Assembly: GCA_942490825.1 (NCBI GenBank)
Contig: CALNYG010000015.1
Coordinates: 88,073-152,072 of the forward strand
DNA: 64,000 nucleotides
Origin: Candidatus Moraniibacteriota bacterium
GTDB lineage: Bacteria > Patescibacteriota > Minisyncoccia > Moranbacterales > GCA-2747515
Direction: 5' to 3'
Shown: piece after piece, positions 24,966-33,800 of the stretch
Position numbering within the stretch: the first letter of the stretch is position 1
Layout of the letters: each line of letters starts with the position of its first letter
Program-made: the position numbers and the translations under genes
Notes under the pieces: generated by a model
Told to the model about the DNA's origin: nothing
The model's database searches: none
Seen by the model: only the letters and a program-made list of their open reading frames with translations

Positions 24966-27404
24966 TTGAAAGATTATTGTCCGTTGAATTTTGATTTGGA
25001 TTCAGTTTATTTAGAATTTGATTTGGCGAAAGACACAACTCAGGTTTTAAGTAAAATGGATTTTTCTAATTTTAAAGATAAACAATTGAAACTTTATGGA
25101 GAAGATTTGGAGTTGAAAGAAGTTTTATTGAACGATGAAAAAGTTGATTTTGAAAAAGTTGATGGTGCGATTATTTTGAAAGATTTGCCAGAAAAATTTT
25201 CGCTTTCAATAAAAACAATTATTCATCCGGCGAAAAATACAGCGTTATCAGGCTTGTATCAGTCGGGTGATATTTTAGTTACGCAGAATGAACCACAAGG
25301 ATTTCGGCGAATGACTTATTTTACAGATCGTCCAGACGTGATGACAAAATATACCACAAAATTAATTGGAGATAAAAAAGAATTTCCAGTGATGCTTTCA
25401 AATGGAAATGCGATTGGAAGTGGCGAATTGGAAAATGGAAAACATTTTGCGATTTGGGAGGATCCTTTTAAAAAGCCTTCTTATCTTTTTGCGGTGGCGG
25501 CGGGTGAGTTTGATTTGTTGCGAGATAAGTTTGTTACGATGAGTGGTCGGGAAATTGATCTGAGGATTTATACTGATCCGGGAGAATCTCACAAAGCTAA
25601 ATTTGCGATGGAGTCGTTGAAAAATTCTATGAAGTGGGATGAAGAAAAATTTGGTTTGGAATATGATTTGAATATGTATATTATTGTGGCGGTGAGTTCT
25701 TTTAATGCCGCTGGGATGGAAAATAAGGGATTAAATGTTTTTAATAGTCGTTTTGTTTTTGCTGATCCAGAAAAATCTACCGATGTTGATTTTATGAATG
25801 TAGAAAAGGTAATTGCTCATGAATATTGTCATAATTGGACAGGTAATCGTGTTACTTGTCGTGATTGGTTTCAACTTACTTTAAAGGAAGGATTGGTAGT
25901 TTTTCGTGAACAATTATTTAGTGGAGATGTGCGTGATCAAACTATTCAAAGAATTTCTGATGTGGAGTTTTTAAAATCTTATCAATTTTCTGAGGATGCT
26001 TCACCTAATGCTTATCCGATTAAACCGAAAGAGTATTTAGAAATAAGTAATTTTTACACTCCGACGGTTTATGAAAAGGGTGCGGAAGTGATTCGTATGA
26101 TGTACACTTTATTGGGGAAAGAAGGTTTTCGTAAGGGGATGGATTTGTATTTTGAGCGACATGATGGTGATGCGGTTACGACGGAAGATTTTGTTTCGGC
26201 GATGGAGGATGCGAATGATTTTGATTTATCTGATTTTGTTCATTGGTATGATGACGCGGGAACTCCAAAATTAAAAGTTGAGGAAAATTTTGAAAATGGT
26301 AAATATTCTTTGCGAATCAGTAAAGATAAGAAAGCGATGTTACCTTTAAATTATGCTTTATATAATAGAAAAAATGGTGAAGTTTTAAAATCTGAAACTT
26401 TGCATTTAGTTGATGAAATTAAAATTGAAGTTGATGCGGATGAAAAGCCTGTTTTATCTTTGAATCAAAATTTTTCTGCTCCAGTCGTTCATGATTATAA
26501 ACTTTCTTTGAAAGACAGTTTGTTTTTAGTGGAATATGATGAGGATTATTATAATCGTTATGATGCGGTACAAAGTGTTTATTTGGAAGATATTATAAAT
26601 GGAAATGTTGAGAATAGTATTGAAGCTTTTGGTAAAGTTTTGAATTCTGATGTGAATGATTATTTGAAAGCTTACATGTTGAAATTGCCGAATTATCCGA
26701 CAATTTTTGGTCGTTATGAAAAAGATTTGCCAATTGAAAATATTTATCAGCAAATTGATAAAATGAAAAAAGCGATTCGAGATAAATTTAAAAAGGAATT
26801 GCGTGAAATCGTTGATCGGGCGAGCGGGACTGAAGCGACTGATTTATCACAAGAATCAATGGGAAGGCGAGCGATTAAAAATATTGTATTAAGTTATTTA
26901 GATGATAAAGATTTAGCTAAAGAAGATTATGCTAAATCTTTAACAATGACAGAGAAAATAGTTGATTTGCAAATAGCAAAAAATGATGAGTTGTTTGATG
27001 ATTATCTTGAAAAGCATAGAGATGATAAAGATATGGTGGTTAAATATTTTCAGATTATTTCTTTGAATAGTGAAGAGAATCCGATTGGCAAAATTAAAGA
27101 GTTATTGAAATCTGATCTATTTGATTACAAAGTGCCTAATTTAATTCGGGGATTGATCGGTGTTTTTGCGATGAATTATCGATTCTTTTTTACGGAAGAG
27201 GGTGTGGATTTTTTCGTTGAAGAATTGAAAAAGATTGATAAAATGAATCCAGAAATGGGATCACGACTTTGTAGTTCAATTAATCTGTATCCTAAATTGG
27301 AGGAAAAAACTCAGGAAATGGTTTATAATAAACTGAAAGGTTTTTATAAAAGTGATGATATTTCAAAAAATGCTTATGAAATTTTAAATAAGATTTTTGG
27401 ATAA
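24966..27404 (+). CDS. pepN: aminopeptidase N (M1 family)
   Basis: GAMEN-type motif AAGMENKG. Zinc site HEYCHNWTGNRVTCRDWFQLTLKEG. The TTG start comes from the ORF track and the start is uncertain (see findings). Confidence 0.9.
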   Translation: MKDYCPLNFDLDSVYLEFDLAKDTTQVLSKMDFSNFKDKQLKLYGEDLELKEVLLNDEKVDFEKVDGAIILKDLPEKFSLSIKTIIHPAKNTALSGLYQSGDILVTQNEPQGFRRMTYFTDRPDVMTKYTTKLIGDKKEFPVMLSNGNAIGSGELENGKHFAIWEDPFKKPSYLFAVAAGEFDLLRDKFVTMSGREIDLRIYTDPGESHKAKFAMESLKNSMKWDEEKFGLEYDLNMYIIVAVSSFNAAGMENKGLNVFNSRFVFADPEKSTDVDFMNVEKVIAHEYCHNWTGNRVTCRDWFQLTLKEGLVVFREQLFSGDVRDQTIQRISDVEFLKSYQFSEDASPNAYPIKPKEYLEISNFYTPTVYEKGAEVIRMMYTLLGKEGFRKGMDLYFERHDGDAVTTEDFVSAMEDANDFDLSDFVHWYDDAGTPKLKVEENFENGKYSLRISKDKKAMLPLNYALYNRKNGEVLKSETLHLVDEIKIEVDADEKPVLSLNQNFSAPVVHDYKLSLKDSLFLVEYDEDYYNRYDAVQSVYLEDIINGNVENSIEAFGKVLNSDVNDYLKAYMLKLPNYPTIFGRYEKDLPIENIYQQIDKMKKAIRDKFKKELREIVDRASGTEATDLSQESMGRRAIKNIVLSYLDDKDLAKEDYAKSLTMTEKIVDLQIAKNDELFDDYLEKHRDDKDMVVKYFQIISLNSEENPIGKIKELLKSDLFDYKVPNLIRGLIGVFAMNYRFFFTEEGVDFFVEELKKIDKMNPEMGSRLCSSINLYPKLEEKTQEMVYNKLKGFYKSDDISKNAYEILNKIFG

Positions 27405-27415
27405 AAATATTTTTT

Positions 27416-27583
27416 GTGCCTGTCTGCCGAACAGGCAGGCTCGCCGCACGGGCTTTTTGGATTCAAGATTTTGAATCCTTGTAAATATTCGTTGCAATAC
27501 GTTTTTGATTATTTCCTTCCGAGATCCTGAATAAATTATTTAATTTTTTTTACAAAAAATGAAATAATTTTTCAGGATGACAT
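27416..27583. repeat. intergenic hairpin-repeat cluster R5
   Basis: 27416-27454 is an inverted AGCCCGTGCGGCGAGC unit with a nested hairpin, 12 nt after the pepN stop and followed by T5. 27459-27478 is the hairpin GGATTCAA/TTGAATCC. 27525-27583 is module B. Confidence 0.85.
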
Positions 27584-27603
27584 GACGAGAGTTATTAATT
27601 AAT

Positions 27604-27635
27604 AAAAAACTTATTCTTTTTAGAATAAGTTTTTT
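27604..27635 (-). terminator. terminator downstream of the CMD-family gene
   Basis: Stem AACTTATTCT/AGAATAAGTT flanked by A6 and T6. Confidence 0.6.
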
Positions 27636-27656
27636 AATTTTAAATTTTTTTCAAAA

Positions 27657-28183
27657 TTATTTTAGATCAGGTAAAACTCCTAAGGCATCATTGAATCTGT
27701 TGATGTAATTAAAAAGTCCGATGACTGATGTGATTTCTACAATTTCACAATCGGTGAAATTATCCTTCATTTTTTTAATTAATTTCGGATCAATATTGTA
27801 AGCATGCTCAGTTGTGGAAATAGCATATTCAATTGCTATTTGATCTCTTTCATTAGAAACTTCTTCTAATTTTTCAATTTCTTCTTCAGTTATTCCTAAT
27901 CCAATTAATTTTGACTTTGCAACTCCGACACAGAATTCACATTTGTTTTGTTCTGAGACTACATGAGCTACTTTCCATTTTAATAATTGTGGAGCGGGCT
28001 CATTATCCATCAACGATTTAAAAAGTTGGAAAAAACTTATTAACGTATTTTCGCAATTTGCCATTACGCGCATCCATTTTGGTACTTTTCCGATGTTTTC
28101 TGTCATCTGATCAAACAAATGTTTTGTTTGCCGGTTACTTCTTCATCAGTAACAAGGTGGACAATTGGTCGAATTTCACTCAT
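27657..28183 (-). pseudogene. carboxymuconolactone decarboxylase (AhpD-like) family gene with an N-terminal frameshift
   Basis: The ORF 27657-28118 has a CEFCVG motif and CMD-like helices. Upstream, ATG 28183 encodes MSEIRPIVHLVTDEEVTGKQ, which joins ...KHLFDQMTENIGKVPKWM only if the run at 28122-25 had one more base. Confidence 0.6.
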
Positions 28184-28255
28184 ATTTTAAATTTTTTTAA
28201 ACTTATTATAATTTAATTTTAACATATTTTATTTTGCATTTGTCAAGCTTAAAAT

Positions 28256-28286
28256 AAAAAACTACCAAGCTTATTGGTAGTTTTTT
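28256..28286 (-). terminator. terminator downstream of the PEGA-domain gene
   Basis: Stem ACTACCAA/TTGGTAGT flanked by A6 and T6. Confidence 0.6.
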
Positions 28287-28312
28287 AAATTTTAATAATT
28301 CACTTTTTAAAA

Positions 28313-29923
28313 TTAAAATAAAGTATTTTCTTCAGGGAATGCAATTTGAAATAGTGAATTTATATTATCACTATTTTTATCAATAAAGAATAAAATATCA
28401 TTGCGGTGATCGCTAATTATTTTAGTTTTATCAGTGCTTAAGGTAGAGATTGTTTGAGGATTGCTTTTTCCACGATCATCCATTTCAATTATTTTAATCT
28501 CATTTCCAGAAGAGAAAATTACGTGTTCATAATCCTTGGAAAAGTGAATATTTTCTATTTTTTTAGATCGTCTAGTGATTACTTTATTCTCATCTTCTTC
28601 TCGTTGAGGCTGGTCTTTCCATTCTCGAGTGAAATAAACAAATATTTCAGATTTAGAGTAGTAAATTAATTTTTTTCCGTCATTAGAAAAATGAGCTCCA
28701 ACTATTCCAGTAGCTAGTTTTTTAGAATAAATATTTTTATCACCTTTATTGTATAAGTAACAATCACCAGTCTTATCATCTATTGATACAATTCTATTTT
28801 TATCATAAGCGATTAATCGGTATTGTGAATTTTTACCATTATCATTTTCATATGAAGTAATTTCTTTTAATTTCGTAGCTTTGATATTATCATCATAAAG
28901 CAATTCTCTTTCCTTGTTTAAAATATAAATGCCGTCATCAGCAAAATCATATGCTAAGGTTTCAGGATAAATTTCTTCATATTCTAAAGCGGTTTCATCT
29001 TCTAAATTAAAGGATATCGTATATAATTTTTGGTTGCTTAAAAAGTAAAGTGATTCTTTATCTTTTGGATGCCAACGAACATCAGATATTAATTCTCTTT
29101 TTTTATCTTCTGTTAAGGCATCGTTATTTTCTTCAATAAATATTTTATCGGATAGATAAAAATAACTGTCTGTTTTTAGGTTAAAAATAGCATAGTCTTT
29201 AAATTCTTCAGTAACGTTTTGATTTGTAATATTTTCATTTTTTAAGTCAAAATTACGTTCAGTTTCTCCTATGGTTTTATTATCTCTGTTTTCACTTTCG
29301 ATATTTTCATTGTTAACTTGACGAATAACTGGCACAATAATTGATGAGCTTGCAGGAGACCATTCTATATTTTCATATGTATTATCAGTAAATTTTACGT
29401 TTTCTAAAACGATTTGATTTTGGATTTCATTATCATCTGTATTAATTATGTTAACTTCTAGACCAATACTTTTTTGGTTTGTGTATGCAAATACAAATTC
29501 TTCAGGTGCAGGAAAAAAATTATCGATATTAGGTGTATTAATTTTTGTACGTTTGTAATTTTCTCGAACTAATAAAACATTCCATAGTTCGGTGGATAAT
29601 CCGCTATGGATAGAAATGTTTTTGGTCCAAGGTTTAAAACCGTCAGCTGTAATTTCGATATTATAATTTCCGTGACGTAATCCGTTGATCTGATAAGAGT
29701 CATTAATTATATTTAGGTAACGACTTTTTGGTTTTTTACCATTAACTTTTATTGTTACATTTTGAGGGTTGGCTTTAACTGTTAATGATCCAGAATGAAG
29801 CCAGATATCTCTGATAAAATCACGTCGATATCCAAAAACTAATCCAATAACAATGGTTGTAGTTAAGATGCAAGAAAAGGCTAATGTGAAAAAAAATACT
29901 TTTCTAGGTAATGGAGTTTTCAT
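28313..29923 (-). CDS. membrane-anchored PEGA-domain protein with a probable beta-propeller
   Basis: N-terminal TM helix. A PEGA-like segment (SLTVKANPQNVTIKVNGK...GNYNIEITADGFKPW). A long beta-rich C-terminal region resembling TolB/WD40-like repeats. Confidence 0.5.
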   Translation of the reverse strand: MKTPLPRKVFFFTLAFSCILTTTIVIGLVFGYRRDFIRDIWLHSGSLTVKANPQNVTIKVNGKKPKSRYLNIINDSYQINGLRHGNYNIEITADGFKPWTKNISIHSGLSTELWNVLLVRENYKRTKINTPNIDNFFPAPEEFVFAYTNQKSIGLEVNIINTDDNEIQNQIVLENVKFTDNTYENIEWSPASSSIIVPVIRQVNNENIESENRDNKTIGETERNFDLKNENITNQNVTEEFKDYAIFNLKTDSYFYLSDKIFIEENNDALTEDKKRELISDVRWHPKDKESLYFLSNQKLYTISFNLEDETALEYEEIYPETLAYDFADDGIYILNKERELLYDDNIKATKLKEITSYENDNGKNSQYRLIAYDKNRIVSIDDKTGDCYLYNKGDKNIYSKKLATGIVGAHFSNDGKKLIYYSKSEIFVYFTREWKDQPQREEDENKVITRRSKKIENIHFSKDYEHVIFSSGNEIKIIEMDDRGKSNPQTISTLSTDKTKIISDHRNDILFFIDKNSDNINSLFQIAFPEENTLF

Positions 29924-30075
29924 AAAAATATATTAAATTATTCTTTTAAATGCTATAATTAATATACCTTTATTATTTGTTAAATACAAGAGAAGAATGG
30001 ATTGGTAGAGTGTAAAATTGTGGTAATGTAAATTCATATTTTTTAAAAGATTGGAAATTAATAAAAAATAAAATT

Positions 30076-30549
30076 ATGGAGTTTTTATCTAATCTGGGTG
30101 TTTCTTTTGCTGACTTTGTTTTAATTATTATTGCTTTGGGCTTGGCTATTTTTGTAGTGGCAATAAGTCAAGTTTATTGGATAAGAAGGACTGTGATCTC
30201 TTCCTTTATTTCTTTGGCTTTAGTGAATATTATGCCAGATAAATTTGTAGATCTTAAGCCTGAAATGGGTTTGATTTATTTTTTAATTTTCACTGTTTTG
30301 ATTATGATTTTTTGTAATAATAAATTGTTTGAAGCTGCTTATTGGGAAGGTGATCGACTTGATTTTGGAATGATTATTTTTGCGTTTTCAGTGCTGATAT
30401 TTTTTGTTGCGATCGCGTTTCATTTTTTAGATTATGATTATTTTGCTAAAGTTTTTACAGAAGAGTTTTATGATTTTTTTAGAAAAAACTTCTTTGTTAT
30501 TGCTCTAATTCCAGTTATTTTGGGAATGATTTTTGGCGAGAGAGAATAA
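30076..30549 (+). CDS. hypothetical polytopic membrane protein
   Basis: 157 aa with four or five hydrophobic helices. No motif recognised. Confidence 0.5.
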   Translation: MEFLSNLGVSFADFVLIIIALGLAIFVVAISQVYWIRRTVISSFISLALVNIMPDKFVDLKPEMGLIYFLIFTVLIMIFCNNKLFEAAYWEGDRLDFGMIIFAFSVLIFFVAIAFHFLDYDYFAKVFTEEFYDFFRKNFFVIALIPVILGMIFGERE

Positions 30550-30773
30550 TTTTTAAAGCTTTTATAAAATGAGTAAAAAAGAATTAATTGAACAATATAA
30601 TAATGAAAAATTAAATTTTTTGGTTAGTAATTTTATAGGATTACATAAAGTTTAGTTATCTAATTTTATTATTAATTTTTTTTATATAGTATAAAGATTC
30701 TAAAAAACTAAAATCTAATCTAAATTAAACTGAAAATATTTTATTATTCAGTTTTTTTAATTTCATGTATCAC

Positions 30774-30791
30774 AGCCCGTGCGGCGAGCAC
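30774..30791 (+). repeat. AGCCCGTGCGGCGAGCAC unit (copy 6)
   Basis: Exact core preceded by tgtatcac. It lies 18 nt upstream of the -35 of the A2M promoter. Confidence 0.8.
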
Positions 30792-30808
30792 AGAAATTCA
30801 GAAGACTT

Positions 30809-30838
30809 TTGTTTTAAATACTTGTTCAATGCTATAAT
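30809..30838 (+). promoter_or_regulatory. promoter of the alpha-2-macroglobulin gene
   Basis: TTGTTT (30809-30814), an 18-nt spacer, then extended -10 TGCTATAAT (30830-30838). Confidence 0.45.
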
Positions 30839-30867
30839 AAAAATATTAATAATTTAAAAATAAAACT

Positions 30868-33800
30868 ATGAAAAAAGCCTTTTTGCTTTTGGGAATGATT
30901 ACTTTATTTTCTTGTTTTCCAATGTTTCGATCAGTGTTTCAACAAGAGGCTAAAGCAGAAGATAAGCCAGAGCCAAGTTTATACTTGACTGGTAAAAATA
31001 TATATCAGCGAAATGGTTTGATTTCCTTTACATCACAAGAATCTGCAGTAGTTGAAGTTGAAGGTAGAGATCTTGAGGAAAGTGAGATTACGATAGATGT
31101 TTATGATGCAGATATGCAGGATGTTTTAAGATTTTTAACTTATGATGATGAGGATAAGCAAATTAATAGTGAGGTTTCTTTGGAGGGTAGAGATGAAATT
31201 GCTACTTTTGTAACGAAATGGAAAGATAGCTTTGAATTGCCTTTTGGAGATAAGAATGGCGTTTTGCTAATACATGCTAAAGCTGGTGAATTGGAAATCT
31301 ATTCATTTGCAATCCGTTCTAATGTTGGGGCTGTTGTTACAGAAGTTCAAGATGAACTCTTAATTTGGTCTCAAAATTTTGATACTAAAAGAAAAGAGAA
31401 TAATCAAAATGTTGTTTTTTATAGTTTAAAAAATAATGTCTTAAAGCAAAAAAGTGTTACTACAAACAGTGAGGGAATTGCAACAACTCCAATTTCTAGT
31501 CAGTATGATATAGCAATTGTTGGTGATGGGGATGACTTAGCTTTTGTCCCAATTGGTATGCGACAATTAGGTTATGGAGGTAATTATTCATTTGCAAATC
31601 AAAGTCCAAATAGTAAATTTTTTATTTTTACTGATAGATCTTTATATAAACCAGGAGATAAAATTTATTTTAAATCAATTTTACGTGATGATAATGATGT
31701 AAATTTTGTTATTCCATCAGGAAATTGGCGAGCGAAAATTGTTTATGGCTGGGGTGATAGTGAAGAGATTATTAGAGAGCAAAATTTTACTGTTAATGAA
31801 TATGGAACTTTTGATGGAGAATTTAAATTACCTGAAAATGTAAATACAGGTGAATATAGATTTGTTGTTGAAAAAATAGATGAGGAGCAGAAGAGTAGTG
31901 ATTATTGGTGGGATGAGGGTTATGGTGAGGTTTATTTTCAAGTAGAACATTACCGTAAGCCAGAATACACATTGGACATGGAGGTAGATCAAACCCAACT
32001 TATAAATGGTAAGAATATTACTTTTAATATTGAGGGTGAATATTTTTCAGGACAGCCTTTAAATGGAGTGGAAGTTGAGTACACTGTTAGAGAAAGTGAT
32101 TTTTACAATAGTACTTTTTATTATCCACAACAAATAGATAATTTTAATTACAGACGTTATTATGGTAAAGAAATTGAAAAAGGAAAGGCAGTTTTAGATG
32201 CTGATGGTTCAGCTCAAGTTTCTGTTAATACAGATATTAAAGATGGGGAAAATAAAATTTATTCTATTGAATTAAGTTATGCATCGGAAGCTGGTGGTGA
32301 AAATGTGAGGGAACAAAAAAATGTTTTAGTTTTTGCCGGAGAATATAATATTTATCGAGAAAGTCATAAATATAGTTTTCATGTGGATGAGGAAATTAAA
32401 TTAGATTTAATTTTAAAAGAAAACAAAGAAAAAGCAGATTTAGCAGGTAAAAAGTTAACAGTTGCTCCAAAGCGAATTTGGTGGGAAAAAGAGTTGGTTG
32501 ATGATTTGAGAGACAAGTCACGCTATAATTACAAACGTAAAGAAGAGATTCTTGAAAATTTTGAAATTATTACAGATTCTCAAGATAGGGCGGTATTACG
32601 TTTTAATCCACAAAAATCTGGATCGTATGAGTTTAAAGTTAAGAGTATGGATTCGCAAGATAATAGTATTGAGAAGACTTTTAGTGTCTGGGTTTCTGAT
32701 AAGTATTATTCTTATAGTGGACAGGGTTCAAAAGAATTAAATGTGATTCTTGATAAAAATAGTTATGAACCAGGAGAAAATGTTACAGCTAGTATCTCTT
32801 CAGAAATGCCAGACAGAGATATTTTATTTTCAGTGGGAAGAAATTTTATTCACGAATATAAAGTTGTTTCTATGAATGGAAATTCTGTTAATGTTGATTT
32901 TCAGGTATCGGATGATTATATGCCAAGTGCTAAAGTGGAAGCAGTTAGTTTCTCAAGTGACAAAATTAATACAAGCTCTACAAGTCTTCAGGTTTCAGCC
33001 CAGAAGAAAAGATTGGATATTTCAATAGAAACTGATAAAGATATTTATAGTGCTGGTGAGGAAGTGAAGGCAACAGTTAAAGTTACAGATCAAAATGGAG
33101 AACCGCAAAAATCTGAAGTGGCTTTATGGGCTGTGGATAAAGCTTTATTTGAATTATCGGATCCTTCTGGACAAAAGTCTTTTGATTCTTTTTGGAATTA
33201 TCGATATGGAAATGTTAGTTTCACACATTCATTGCGAGGTCTGTCAATTAATGCTGCTGAGAAGGGAGGTTGTTTTAAAGCAGGGTCTCAAATATTAATG
33301 TCAGATAGTTCGACTAAAAATATTGAAGAGGTTAAAGTTGGAGATTTTGTTTTGACCAGAGAAAATGAAAATAGTGAAAACTTAGTTAAGGAAAAAGTTA
33401 TAAAAACTCATAATGTCGAAGTTGATGGATATTTTGTTATTAATAATAATTTAAATGTTACAGAAAATCACGTTGTTCGAGTAAATGATGAATGGAGACG
33501 TGCTGATCAAATTAAGATTGGAAATTATTTAATTGATCGAGATGGTAAAAATGTGACAGTTGAATCGATTGAATGGAGAAAAGAAAAAACGATGGTCTAT
33601 AATTTAGAGATTGAAGATAAACATTCCTATTTTGTGAATGGTGTATGGGTTCATAATGGAAAAAGTGGAGGTGCTGGACGGTCTGTTTTTAAAGATGTAG
33701 CTTATTGGAATCCGAAGATTGTAACTGATAAAAATGGTGAAGCAGAAGTTTCTTTTAAATTATCTGATGATTTAACAACCTGGGCATTTTCTGCAGTTGG

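Noticed and set aside
30579-30665. 28-codon ORF MSKKELIEQYNNEKLNFLVSNFIGLHKV
   Set aside because: No SD, promoter or conservation evidence, and its composition is typical of random AT-rich ORFs.
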